Virus record (IMG/VR): IMGVR_UViG_3300042691_039794
Coordinates: 11,565 to 75,564 of that record
Length of the DNA: 64,000 nucleotides
From: a virus
Reading direction: 5' to 3' (one strand)
A program made the position numbers and the translations under genes. The notes below the pieces were generated by a model. That model worked only from the letters and a program-made list of their open reading frames with translations. It did not search any database and was not told where the DNA came from. Numbering within the stretch: position 1 is the stretch's first letter; each line of letters begins with the position of its first letter. Positions 37,782 to 47,569 of this stretch are shown here, piece by piece.

Positions 37782-38606
37782 ATGAATAAAATTTTAGAAA
37801 TTTTTAAACAGTTCAAAACTGAATTGGTGTGGATTTATTTTTTCATGTTGATTACAGAATTATCAATTCTTGCAACACCACTCCTTCTTGGAAAAAGTAT
37901 TGATGGATTGATAAACGGAAATTGGTATTGGTTAATATTTCTTGGGATTTCATACTTCATATCAAACTTTTTCAATTACAAAAGAATGGTATATGACACC
38001 AAAGTTTATACAAAAATTTACAATAGTATTGTTTTTAGATTTTTAAAAAAAAATAATGTTGATGTATCTACAAAAATTGCAAGAACCGACATGGCACACC
38101 AGATAGTTGGTGTTTTAGAGGGTTATGTTCATTATTATATTGCAACAGTTGTAACAATTTTAGGATCAATAGGTTTCATTTATTCTGAAAATTGGAGAGT
38201 TGGATTACTTGTAACTTTAGGGTTTATTTTAATACTTCTTGCTGTTTTAGTTTTTTATAAAAAAATTAAACAAGCAATCAAAGTTAGAAACAATCAATAC
38301 GAAAAAAAGGGTGAGGCGTTAGAAAAAGGTTATTTAGAGTCAATATCTTTTTTTAACAGAAGAGGAAAATTAGAAATTTTTGAATCCACACTACAGGGTA
38401 AAAATTGGTTTTTGATTGGATCAATTAAAAATTTATTTTTATTTCTATCTATAATCCTTCTTGTTACAACAACGGAAAACATAACAATAGGAAGTGTGGT
38501 TACGGTTTACTCCTATGTTAATAATTTTATGATTTCATTGTTATCAGTTCCTGTGGCTGTTGAAATGTTTTCGAGATTAAGTGATATATTAAAAAGAATA
38601 AATTAA
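37782..38606 (+). CDS. ABC-exporter transmembrane domain without an ATPase domain
   Basis: About six TM helices; PLLLGKSIDG, YDTKVYTKIY, ITIGSV..VYSY. Confidence 0.75.
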   Translation: MNKILEIFKQFKTELVWIYFFMLITELSILATPLLLGKSIDGLINGNWYWLIFLGISYFISNFFNYKRMVYDTKVYTKIYNSIVFRFLKKNNVDVSTKIARTDMAHQIVGVLEGYVHYYIATVVTILGSIGFIYSENWRVGLLVTLGFILILLAVLVFYKKIKQAIKVRNNQYEKKGEALEKGYLESISFFNRRGKLEIFESTLQGKNWFLIGSIKNLFLFLSIILLVTTTENITIGSVVTVYSYVNNFMISLLSVPVAVEMFSRLSDILKRIN

Positions 38607-38610
38607 AATT

Positions 38611-38847
38611 ATGAACAAACAAAATGATTGGAATGATCCTGTATTATCAGATGGAGATTTCCCACAAGAAAACAAAACAAAATTCCAAGTAGGAGACAAA
38701 GCAATTAAAGTTAAAGGATATAAGTTCCCTTGTACTATCGTATCAGTATTTCAAACCGTAGAAGGAAATGTCCGAGTAGTGGGTGAAATGGATGAATATG
38801 GACTTCTTCATATCTTTAACGAAGATCAATTAGAAAAACAAAATTAA
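38611..38847 (+). CDS. DfrB/R67-like (type II DHFR, SH3-fold) protein
   Basis: FxxGD..K..G..F...IV...T...E....GLLHIF...LE.N is co-linear with the R67 core; 78 aa. Confidence 0.6.
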   Translation: MNKQNDWNDPVLSDGDFPQENKTKFQVGDKAIKVKGYKFPCTIVSVFQTVEGNVRVVGEMDEYGLLHIFNEDQLEKQN

Positions 38848-38848
38848 A

Positions 38849-39142
38849 ATGAAAGAAAAAGAAATTAAAGAAGAAAAGATTCAAACAAAAAAAAGAATCT
38901 ACAAACCAAAAAAAAGAATCATACATGAAGTTGATATAAAAACATTGGAAACTTCAGATGATTTAGATGATATGTATTTGAGGTCAGGAGAAGTTTATCA
39001 AAAAGTTATTAAAAAACCTAAACAAGCCGGATCCTACAAAATAGGAAAAAGTTTTCATGTTTTTTTTGACAAAAAACCTAAAGTAATTCATAGATTTTTC
39101 ACAAAATTATTTTTAGGTTGGACTTGGCACAATCAAAAATAA
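38849..39142 (+). CDS. hypothetical protein
   Basis: KKP..HRF..K..LGW.W C-terminal motif. Confidence 0.7.
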   Translation: MKEKEIKEEKIQTKKRIYKPKKRIIHEVDIKTLETSDDLDDMYLRSGEVYQKVIKKPKQAGSYKIGKSFHVFFDKKPKVIHRFFTKLFLGWTWHNQK

Positions 39143-39196
39143 TCTTTTTAAATTAGTTAAATCAATTTCATTCTATATTTATAAATAAAAATAGAT

Positions 39197-40081
39197 ATGA
39201 AAGTTTTAAAATTAGGATCTAAAGGAAAAGAGGTTGAAGATCTTCAAAAATACTTAAAAATTAAAGTTGATGGTGATTTCGGACCTAAAACAGAAGAGTC
39301 AGTAAAAAAATTTCAAACTGCAAATAAATTAGTTGCTGATGGTATTGTTGGTGAAAAAACATGGAATGCCATGGGTTTTTATATTACCACTGAGTTATCT
39401 GAAACGATAATATCCACTGAAAAATTGATCATAGATCAAAAATACATGGATAAAGATGAGTATTTGGCAGGACCAACAAAAAAAGAATATTTGTTTTTAC
39501 ACCATACCGCTGGAGGACACGACCCTTATTCTGTTATTAAAATGTGGAATAACGACACTCGAGGAAGAGTAGGGACAGAATTTGTTATGGGAGGTCAGTC
39601 CGTGTTCAACGGCAATGACATATATGATGGGTCTCTTGTTCAATGTTTTCCTGAGGGTGCTTATGGTTGGCACTTAGGTGAAAATGGATCACAACACATG
39701 CATACTCACTCGGTTGGTATTGAAGTTTGTAATTTTGGACCAATTAAAAATGGTTTAACTTATACTGGTCAAAAGGCAAATCCACTTCAAATTGTGGAAC
39801 TTAAACAACCATTTAGAGGATCAAAATTTTATCATAGATATTCTGATAAACAAATCAGTACACTCAAATCATTCATTTTATACATTGCAGAAAGAGATAG
39901 TATTGACGTAAGAAAAGGTTTGGTACAAGAGATTAAAAGTAAAGGTGCTGCAGGTTTCGAATTCAATTCTGACGCTTACTACGGGAAAATAAAAGGTATG
40001 TGGACACACACCAACACAAGAAAAGATAAATCAGACATGTTTCCTCAACAAGAACTCATCGACATGTTATTAAGTTTGTAA
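39197..40081 (+). CDS. PG-binding domain plus N-acetylmuramoyl-L-alanine amidase
   Basis: DGDFGPKT/DGIVG PG-binding repeats; LHHTAG, WH, SVGIEVCN, HTN.R.DK.D. Confidence 0.9.
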   Translation: MKVLKLGSKGKEVEDLQKYLKIKVDGDFGPKTEESVKKFQTANKLVADGIVGEKTWNAMGFYITTELSETIISTEKLIIDQKYMDKDEYLAGPTKKEYLFLHHTAGGHDPYSVIKMWNNDTRGRVGTEFVMGGQSVFNGNDIYDGSLVQCFPEGAYGWHLGENGSQHMHTHSVGIEVCNFGPIKNGLTYTGQKANPLQIVELKQPFRGSKFYHRYSDKQISTLKSFILYIAERDSIDVRKGLVQEIKSKGAAGFEFNSDAYYGKIKGMWTHTNTRKDKSDMFPQQELIDMLLSL

Positions 40082-40083
40082 AA

Positions 40084-40641
40084 ATGAAATTTTTGTTTTC
40101 TGAATCTCAAAGTGAATCTTTGATAAATTTATTTGATAAAACTATACAAAAACATGGGTTACAAAAAGTTTTGTATAAGTACAAACTATCGATGAATGAT
40201 GCGATCAGATTAATTGGTGATTTACCAATCAATAGATTTACAAATGAAGATTTATATGAACTATGTGTTTATTTTGTAATCAGAGATAAAAAATATTGGA
40301 ATGAAGGATTGAGTGATGGAGATTTTAGATTAACTTTTGAAGTGGATAGTTTTGTTGGTACAATAAACACTTTATTTGTTTCATTGTCATTAAAACAAAC
40401 ATTTGAATTGAATGGTATGGCAACTCCTTATTGGGATGCATCAAGTGCATTACCAATTGATTTTGATTATTTTTCATATAAAATTGGATATGATATAACA
40501 GGTGACTTTTTTGAAAGAGTCGATTTGAAAAATAAATTTCAAAATTTAGGTGAAGTTGTCCAATGGTTGTATAAAGATTATCCTTTTGTAGTTTTCGAAG
40601 AAAATTTGAAAGTTGTTAAAAAGATGATGGAAAATTTATAA
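40084..40641 (+). CDS. hypothetical late protein
   Basis: Leader MKFLFSESQ; ATPYWD motif. Confidence 0.7.
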   Translation: MKFLFSESQSESLINLFDKTIQKHGLQKVLYKYKLSMNDAIRLIGDLPINRFTNEDLYELCVYFVIRDKKYWNEGLSDGDFRLTFEVDSFVGTINTLFVSLSLKQTFELNGMATPYWDASSALPIDFDYFSYKIGYDITGDFFERVDLKNKFQNLGEVVQWLYKDYPFVVFEENLKVVKKMMENL

Positions 40642-40703
40642 TTTCACCCATCAGGGGAAAAGATCCCCAACTTGGTCACACCAATAATATTTAAATTTTT
40701 GAA

Positions 40704-40886
40704 ATGGAAAATGTTGACATTCTAAAAGAAGTAAAACCACTTCTTGATGAACTTAAAAGAATCCAAGGAAAAGAATCCGAAGAATTGGTCCTACGTTTGG
40801 AAGATAAACTTGAAAAAAAAGAAGAACAACTCCAACTTAAAAACGATCAAATGAAATTGGAGATTCATAGATTATCAGGATTATGA
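40704..40886 (+). CDS. small coiled-coil protein
   Basis: 60-aa ORF. Confidence 0.65.
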   Translation: MENVDILKEVKPLLDELKRIQGKESEELVLRLEDKLEKKEEQLQLKNDQMKLEIHRLSGL

Positions 40887-40978
40887 TTACAATTATTTTA
40901 GCAATTACACTCGGATCATTATTTTCTATTGGACTTATTAAAATAACAGAAAAGTATAAAAATAGAAATAAAAAATAA
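40883..40978 (+). CDS. 31-aa membrane micropeptide
   Basis: MITIILAITLGSLFSIGLIKITEKYKNRNKK. Confidence 0.5.
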   Translation: MITIILAITLGSLFSIGLIKITEKYKNRNKK

Positions 40979-40985
40979 AATAGTT

Positions 40986-41011
40986 AATCCCCACTCAAAA
41001 GGTGGGGTTTT
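40986..41011. terminator. terminator between convergent genes
   Basis: AATCCCCAC/GTGGGGTT. Confidence 0.75.
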
Positions 41012-41016
41012 CTGTT

Positions 41017-41853
41017 TTACTTAAGTAAGTTATAATATTCTTTAAAGTGTTTGATACGATCAGGTAAACCAATTGTTCCACCATTCACTCTTTTTGTTAC
41101 TGAAGTAACTGTTGCATCATCAGCACCTTTATCGCAAATCGCCCAAAGTTTATTTGAATCAAAGAAGAAAGCTGCAGACGCTAAAGGATATTTGGTTGCA
41201 ACCAAGTCAGGATTCGCAACACAATCTTCACCAATAAATTTTGTAAAGTTTGTATAGTTTGCCTTTCCTGTTAATTGGATATAACCTCTACCTCTAAATT
41301 TAAATCCTTCTTTAGATGCTTCATCTCCATTACCCATTCTTGATGCGTAAACACGAGCGGCAATCTTTTCAGGTTGACGAGCGTAAGATTCATTTAAGTT
41401 ACCAGGAAAATACTTTCCGAAGATCTTCTTCAAACCATCCGCAGAGTAATTCAAGTTTTCACTTACTGCCTTGAAATTACCTGACTCATGACCACATTGT
41501 GCCAAGAAGTGAGCTAATCTCAAATTATTTGTAATATTGAATTTCTTTGCAGTTTCAGGAATCTGAGCAAGAACCGCATCAGGAATATGACCCTTTAACT
41601 TCTCAATATTTAATGGACCTCCTGATGGGATAACCACATCCTCTTTAATAACTTCTGTGGTAGGTTTTGACTCACCAAATAGTTTAGCCCATGTTGCATC
41701 ACCAACGATACCATCATCTTTTAAACCATTCGCTTTTTGCCAAGCTTTAACCGCAGCTTCTGTTTTTGGTCCGAATTTACCTATGGCTTCTACACCTAAT
41801 TTTTCTTGGAGTTTTTTTACATCAGCTCCTTCTGATCCGACTTTTAATATCAT
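41017..41853 (-). CDS. PG-binding domain plus GH19 endolysin
   Basis: AHFLAQCGHES, ENLNYS, FRGRGYIQLTG..NY, VNGG..G..DR; start reassigned to MILKVGS. Confidence 0.92.
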   Translation of the reverse strand: MILKVGSEGADVKKLQEKLGVEAIGKFGPKTEAAVKAWQKANGLKDDGIVGDATWAKLFGESKPTTEVIKEDVVIPSGGPLNIEKLKGHIPDAVLAQIPETAKKFNITNNLRLAHFLAQCGHESGNFKAVSENLNYSADGLKKIFGKYFPGNLNESYARQPEKIAARVYASRMGNGDEASKEGFKFRGRGYIQLTGKANYTNFTKFIGEDCVANPDLVATKYPLASAAFFFDSNKLWAICDKGADDATVTSVTKRVNGGTIGLPDRIKHFKEYYNLLK

Positions 41854-41962
41854 AATGTTAGATTTTCCTATAAATAGTAAATTCATTAACAAAGTAAAGT
41901 TTTTCTTATAAAAAAATGATCAGTTCGTGGTTTTTAAGATACTTATTAGTAAATGAAAAAAT

Positions 41963-42562
41963 ATGGGATACACAAGAGAACAGGTCGAGGCTGCCGTTAA
42001 AGCCAAAGGTTATGTTTATTTCGAAGACGCCTCAAACAAGGGTTACGACATAAACATTATAGGTATAAGAAACGCGGCTACCGGTCAAAAGGTAACAAAC
42101 GCGTTTGATGACTTATTAACGATAAGTTACAAAGATGAAACAGGAGCGTGGAAATACCACGAATGGCCAGCAACCACAGATCCTGGTAAAAAAGGTGTGT
42201 TGGAATATCACAACTCTGCCGGTGTTGCAAGACTTGTTGAAGGTCAGTACAGAGGTTCACACTCTATTGGTCTTCACCAAGGTAAATACGAAGCTTTAAG
42301 ACAGGCAAAAAATGTTAAAGTTTATCGTGACCCAAATCGTGATTTAACTTATGATGAAACAAAAATTGCTGAAGGAGTTTTTGGTATTAACATTCACAAG
42401 GCAGGTGCCGATTCAACTTATGTTGAGAATTGGAGTGAGGGATGTCAGGTGTTTAAGAAGTCGGCGGATTTTGAATCTTTTATGAAGATCTGTAGATTGG
42501 CTCGAGACAAACACGGAAACTCTTTCACATATACTCTTATTGAGAGTTCAGACATAAAATAA
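41963..42562 (+). CDS. YkuD/L,D-transpeptidase-like peptidoglycan enzyme
   Basis: TTDPG; GINIH...WSEGCQV (His...SxGC motif). Confidence 0.65.
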   Translation: MGYTREQVEAAVKAKGYVYFEDASNKGYDINIIGIRNAATGQKVTNAFDDLLTISYKDETGAWKYHEWPATTDPGKKGVLEYHNSAGVARLVEGQYRGSHSIGLHQGKYEALRQAKNVKVYRDPNRDLTYDETKIAEGVFGINIHKAGADSTYVENWSEGCQVFKKSADFESFMKICRLARDKHGNSFTYTLIESSDIK

Positions 42563-42586
42563 AACTAAACTTTAAGAACTACGAAA

Positions 42587-44494
42587 ATGAAACAACTAAA
42601 AAGCCTGTTGATCGGGCTTTTGCTATTCTTACCATTTATTGGTAAGGCACAGGTACCTGCAGCACCATCAAATGGTCTATGGGGAATTATCGCAGCCCAA
42701 TATCAAGTTGGGACAACAGCACAAGGCACAACAGATGCGAAGATCACACTTCAAAATACTACCCTAACAAAATTTGCGGGTACTCAATTTAGAGTGTTCT
42801 ACGATAATGTAGCGTTTACAAATGCAACGGTATCTTTAATTGGATCACCAACAAACTTAGACCTTCAGTATATTACAAATACGGCAAATGGTTACATTAC
42901 CATTACACTTGTTTACACAGGTCCAAGTGCGACTTACACAATACCAAATGGTGAAAGATTTTTAATTACTTTCACTCATGCGGCGGCGGCAACATTTAAT
43001 AACTTGGCGTCGATCAGTAACTTAACTTGGTCAGGACCTCAAACCTTTACACCGTATGCCGCAAAACAAGATGGTATGGATACTACGTTAAGTGTTCATA
43101 ACTATGGTGGTGTTTTCACTCCTGTTAACTTCGCTTATCACGGAACATTCACAAACGTTACTGGATCTGCGGCTAAGTATTTAAACTTGGCTTTACAGAG
43201 AAGACCGTTTGGTGGGAACACATGGACACAACACTCAACTTATGTTACTGATATCAACGGGGACTTTAGTATTTCAGTTCCTTTAGATACAACATATTGG
43301 GATGTTAGATTGGCAATCCAAGGAGACACAATGGGTGTTGGTAATATTATCTCATCAACAGATGCTCAGTTAATAAATCAGTGGGTTTTAGGAAACGGAA
43401 CTATGACTGGATTTAATTACTACTCTGCGGATGTTAACGGATCTAATAACATAACCGTATCTGATGTATGGGGTGTGTTTGGTAGAATCTCAGGAAGATT
43501 TAACTCATGGCCAAACAACACAAAAGATGTTAAATTCTTTACAGCATCTGAATACACAACAATCAATGGATCAGCAACTAACTACACATCAACTATTGCA
43601 GGTGTAACAAACTTTACATTTGATATCCTACCGGGTCAACCTGACTCAGTTGTATATTATGTATTGGTTCCTGGTGATGCTAACGGTACAGGTTATAACA
43701 TGGCTCGTGTTACTCCTATCGAAGTATTGGTTGGACCAATACCAGGTTTGGAATCACAAATCTATAATGTGATCGATACTAAAGTTGAGTATGACTTCCC
43801 TACAACAACTATAGAAGTTAATGTTCCTCATATTTCGGTTGAATCTGGAAACTTGGTAAACCTTCCTGTGAAAGTATTCACAAACGGAGAGGAGTTATCA
43901 GCACTTCAATTCGGTTTGAAATATGATACAGACCTTTTAGAATTTAAAGGAATCATTTCTTCATCAAATGCAATGGAGTGGATCACATATGTGAATCCAA
44001 ATGACGGACAAATAGATTGGGGTGGGTTTGATCAAACAAACAACGAACAAACTTTAAAAGATGGTGATGAGGTTGTTACATTACAGTTTATTGCAAAACA
44101 ACCACAAACACTTTGGGAAGATAGTCCATTGTATACTTCATTGAAGTTTGCAGGTACGAAAGACTCAAAGGATTTAACAATAACACCAACTAACGGAATC
44201 CTACAAGTATTAAAAAGTAACATGGGAGATGTTAACGGAAACACAATACAAGTTAATCCTAATCCTGTTGTAGATGAAGTTACAATCACCTTCAAAGTTG
44301 AAGAAACAACAATCGCAAACCTTTCAGTTTATGATGTGGTTGGAAGAAAGTTGATCACAATTTTAGATGGGCAGTTACCAAATGGTGAATATACCTATAA
44401 TGAAAGTTTAGGTACATTAAAACCAGGACTTTATGTGGTAACATTAACTATGGAAAATGGAGGAACAAAAGTTTCCAAAATTGTAAAACAATAA
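42587..44494 (+). CDS. secreted scaffoldin-like protein: cohesin, beta-sandwich, dockerin, cohesin, T9SS CTD
   Basis: SP ...GKA/Q; AGTQFRVFYD and SALQFGLKYD cohesin motifs; ADVNGSNNITVSD; NPNP...YDVVGR...PGLY...KIVK. Confidence 0.8.
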   Translation: MKQLKSLLIGLLLFLPFIGKAQVPAAPSNGLWGIIAAQYQVGTTAQGTTDAKITLQNTTLTKFAGTQFRVFYDNVAFTNATVSLIGSPTNLDLQYITNTANGYITITLVYTGPSATYTIPNGERFLITFTHAAAATFNNLASISNLTWSGPQTFTPYAAKQDGMDTTLSVHNYGGVFTPVNFAYHGTFTNVTGSAAKYLNLALQRRPFGGNTWTQHSTYVTDINGDFSISVPLDTTYWDVRLAIQGDTMGVGNIISSTDAQLINQWVLGNGTMTGFNYYSADVNGSNNITVSDVWGVFGRISGRFNSWPNNTKDVKFFTASEYTTINGSATNYTSTIAGVTNFTFDILPGQPDSVVYYVLVPGDANGTGYNMARVTPIEVLVGPIPGLESQIYNVIDTKVEYDFPTTTIEVNVPHISVESGNLVNLPVKVFTNGEELSALQFGLKYDTDLLEFKGIISSSNAMEWITYVNPNDGQIDWGGFDQTNNEQTLKDGDEVVTLQFIAKQPQTLWEDSPLYTSLKFAGTKDSKDLTITPTNGILQVLKSNMGDVNGNTIQVNPNPVVDEVTITFKVEETTIANLSVYDVVGRKLITILDGQLPNGEYTYNESLGTLKPGLYVVTLTMENGGTKVSKIVKQ

Positions 44495-44517
44495 ACCCTA
44501 AATAAACAAAAACAAAA

Positions 44518-44862
44518 ATGTCAGAAGAACAAGAAACACAAGAGACTAATGACGGGACATGGTCAGGTCTTAAAAAAACAATCATCGGAACTTTAACAAC
44601 AGTTATAGCCGGTGGTGGTATTTGGTTAAGTACAATTTTATTTGGTGGTAGTAGTGAAGAACCGAAAGAGGAAACAAAAACAGAACAGTCTGGAGGTCAA
44701 GCACCAATCACAATAAATGTACAACAAAACCAAGAAAATAAACAAAAAACAGAGAACAACAATGGGGGTGGTGTAGTTCGTGAGAGAATCATCGAAAGAC
44801 CTGCACAACAACCAGCGGCACAACCTGAGAAACCTAAAAAAGTAGAAGAGGAATCTTGGTAA
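44518..44862 (+). CDS. single-TM protein with a Q/E/P-rich tail
   Basis: TM TIIGTLTTVIAGGGIWL. Confidence 0.75.
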   Translation: MSEEQETQETNDGTWSGLKKTIIGTLTTVIAGGGIWLSTILFGGSSEEPKEETKTEQSGGQAPITINVQQNQENKQKTENNNGGGVVRERIIERPAQQPAAQPEKPKKVEEESW

Positions 44863-44889
44863 TAAATAAACAATAAATAAAAACAAAAA

Positions 44890-45174
44890 ATGGGACACAA
44901 GAAAACAAAAAAATCATTCTTAGTAAGAATGTTCATGGATCATAACGATATCAACGAAAAATCAATAGTTGGTTTTGGTTCATTTTTAATGATGGTTATC
45001 TGTCTTGGTGTAGACATCTGGACAGGATTTCACGGACAAAAAATGCCAATCAATCAATTTATCTATGATGGATTTTTATGGATCACTTTAGGTTCATTTG
45101 GAATTGCATCAGTTGATAAGTATTTTGCTGGTAAGAATCCAACTAACGAGGAAGAGGAAGAAGTAGAAGGGTAA
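44890..45174 (+). CDS. two-TM protein (holin-like)
   Basis: Two TM helices, basic N-terminus, acidic C-terminus. Confidence 0.6.
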   Translation: MGHKKTKKSFLVRMFMDHNDINEKSIVGFGSFLMMVICLGVDIWTGFHGQKMPINQFIYDGFLWITLGSFGIASVDKYFAGKNPTNEEEEEVEG

Positions 45175-45908
45175 TGAAAAGAATACTTTACATATTACCA
45201 TTTCTAATGATCGGATGTAAAACTGTAGCTCAGCCCCCTCAAGGAGGGGGTATTGGCTCTGTTAAAACAGAACAATATGTTGCAGATTTTGAAAAGAAAC
45301 AATCAATAGACTCGGTTGCTGATTACGATGGATCTATTCAGGTTCCTATCCAATTATTAAAGATTGGAATTAACGAAGAACTTTATGAATTATATCCTGA
45401 GTTAAAAGATAAAAGAGTAGGTCTTGGTGTTACAAATATTGTAATTGAATATTTGGAATATACCAACAGATTTATTTTCACCGAAGAAAAGGAAGATATC
45501 AAACAAAGAATGATTGCTCAAGACAAGGCATCAGACAAAGGTATATCTTCAAATAAAATAGAAGTAAAAGGTAATGTTGTTTTGGCTAAGTACTTCGTTT
45601 ATATTGAGGTATATGATTTTTCAGTATCAGAAGACGAGATTGTAAAAGTTAATGGACAACAAACCGTAAATCAAACTACAAGATTAGGTCTTCAGATCAA
45701 ATTTGTAGATGCTGAAACAAGTCAGGTGATTGTAGGATCAGGACTTGGAGAAGCGGTAACAATTAAAACAACATCAATCTTGGGTGATATCTCAGATGAT
45801 GTTAAATTCAACCAATCAACTGTAGGTATATCTACAAAAAAAGCTTTAGAAACAGCCTCATCAAGAGTTGTGACTAGACTTATATCAAAAGGTGTATTTC
45901 CGAAGTGA
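45174..45908 (+). CDS. CsgG/HfaB-like outer-membrane lipoprotein
   Basis: Lipobox MIGC; GVTNIVIEYL..TNRF...E; LQIKFVDAETSQV..GSG.G. Confidence 0.7.
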   Translation: MKRILYILPFLMIGCKTVAQPPQGGGIGSVKTEQYVADFEKKQSIDSVADYDGSIQVPIQLLKIGINEELYELYPELKDKRVGLGVTNIVIEYLEYTNRFIFTEEKEDIKQRMIAQDKASDKGISSNKIEVKGNVVLAKYFVYIEVYDFSVSEDEIVKVNGQQTVNQTTRLGLQIKFVDAETSQVIVGSGLGEAVTIKTTSILGDISDDVKFNQSTVGISTKKALETASSRVVTRLISKGVFPK

Positions 45909-47569
45909 GAATAAACATTTTCATATCTTTGTTGTTCGTCCTATTTAGTTTTTTCAAACTAAACGCACAGACCTACAACTATTCTTACACTGATCCTTGT
46001 ACAGGAAACATAAAAAACCTTATAGTCCCCATCAATGGTTCAGTCACGGTGGGGTACTATGGTTTTGTTGAGAATTTTACTCAACAACAATTTACAGATG
46101 GAACTTTTGAAACTTGGGCTAACCAAGTTTTTTCGCAATATGAAGGATCACCATGTTCAGAGATAATTGGACTTGGTGGGCAGATTAACATCGGACAAGA
46201 TGTTGCTTTAAATACAATAGGTATAATCAATTCTCTTTCGTCTTTAATGGACATATCAAATGGGGCAACCGACTTTTTGAGTGGATCATTAAATGCGGCG
46301 TCAAATTCTTCTAATACCCAAGGAAGTAAAGGTAATAAGAAGAATGGGAATAATTCCCAAAATGGAAGTGGAAACAATACACCAAATACTAATAACACCA
46401 CAACCAATAATACTCAAAATCAAACAAATGGAACAAGTAACACTACTGAAGGAAGTACAACCACTTCTGGAACAAATGAAACAAGTTCAAACAACGGAGG
46501 AAATGGAACCACTAATCAAAATGGTGGAACTGAAAATCCAACACCAGCAGGAGGAACTTCAACTGAGGGTGGATCAAATGCGAATGGAAATTCACAGGCT
46601 AGCCAGCCTATAAACAATCAAAACCAAGGTAATGAAAATAATAGTAATAATACTAGTGGCGTCGATCCTGGGAACGCTAGTGTCGTTGGGAATAGTGGGA
46701 ATGTGGAAGGATCTAACCAACAAGGACAACAAGAATTAACCAATAATGGTTCTACAACTAACCCTAACGGTAATGGTTCTAATGGTGGTGGGAACTCTGG
46801 TGTGGGGGGTAATGGTGGAAACCAACCTAACACAGAAGAAACAACACCACAAGAAGAACAAGGAGGAGGACAAACCAATATTACACAAGGGGCTACAAAA
46901 ACAATAAATCAGAATAAGGAAGGTGGTAAACCTACAGTAATTGCATCGAGTGATTTTGTAGGTTTCAACTTTCAAAACTCTGAAGTTAGAACAGGATTGA
47001 AACTAACGGGTGGATATCATAACATGCGTTGGGATGGCGAAACTGCTCGTGGTGGTTTGGTTGATTATGTATCGGCACAACAGGGACCTAACATGACTGG
47101 ATACCATGCGTGGATCAACAAAAGAAGTGTTGGTCTTTTATCAGGAACTTTATCTTTAGGGTTTGAAGGTAGAGGATCTGTCTATGGGACAATTGCAGGA
47201 GGACAAATGTTTATGTTCCCAAAAATTCCAAGTTTGAAAGCGGTTTATATGGGAACCGTATCATACGGTCAGGTATATAAAACTCAGTTCTTAGGAACTG
47301 CAATGATTGCAGGAGGGATGTATGACTTGAAGTTTGGAAAAAGAATAGATGTTAAACTTATGAGTTTATTTGTTTATTCACCATATGTCAGTTATTACAA
47401 TGATTTAGTATTAAAATCTCCTTATGTAATCTTACCAAGTATTGGAACCAATATAAGTATTACAAAGAGATTTAAATTCAACATAAATGCAGGAGGGGCG
47501 TGGGCAATAAAGGTAAACACTCTAAATTATACAATAACATGTGGAACAAGATTATTAGTTGGACAATAG
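45905..47569 (+). CDS. secreted protein with an N/G/T/Q-rich linker and a probable C-terminal beta-barrel
   Basis: SP ...LNA/Q; about 200-aa low-complexity linker; amphipathic strands. Confidence 0.75.
   Translation: MRINIFISLLFVLFSFFKLNAQTYNYSYTDPCTGNIKNLIVPINGSVTVGYYGFVENFTQQQFTDGTFETWANQVFSQYEGSPCSEIIGLGGQINIGQDVALNTIGIINSLSSLMDISNGATDFLSGSLNAASNSSNTQGSKGNKKNGNNSQNGSGNNTPNTNNTTTNNTQNQTNGTSNTTEGSTTTSGTNETSSNNGGNGTTNQNGGTENPTPAGGTSTEGGSNANGNSQASQPINNQNQGNENNSNNTSGVDPGNASVVGNSGNVEGSNQQGQQELTNNGSTTNPNGNGSNGGGNSGVGGNGGNQPNTEETTPQEEQGGGQTNITQGATKTINQNKEGGKPTVIASSDFVGFNFQNSEVRTGLKLTGGYHNMRWDGETARGGLVDYVSAQQGPNMTGYHAWINKRSVGLLSGTLSLGFEGRGSVYGTIAGGQMFMFPKIPSLKAVYMGTVSYGQVYKTQFLGTAMIAGGMYDLKFGKRIDVKLMSLFVYSPYVSYYNDLVLKSPYVILPSIGTNISITKRFKFNINAGGAWAIKVNTLNYTITCGTRLLVGQ

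Noticed and set aside
46290-46910. DNA tandem repeat or curlin (CsgA) repeats
   Set aside because: Low complexity at the protein level only, with no regular repeat unit.
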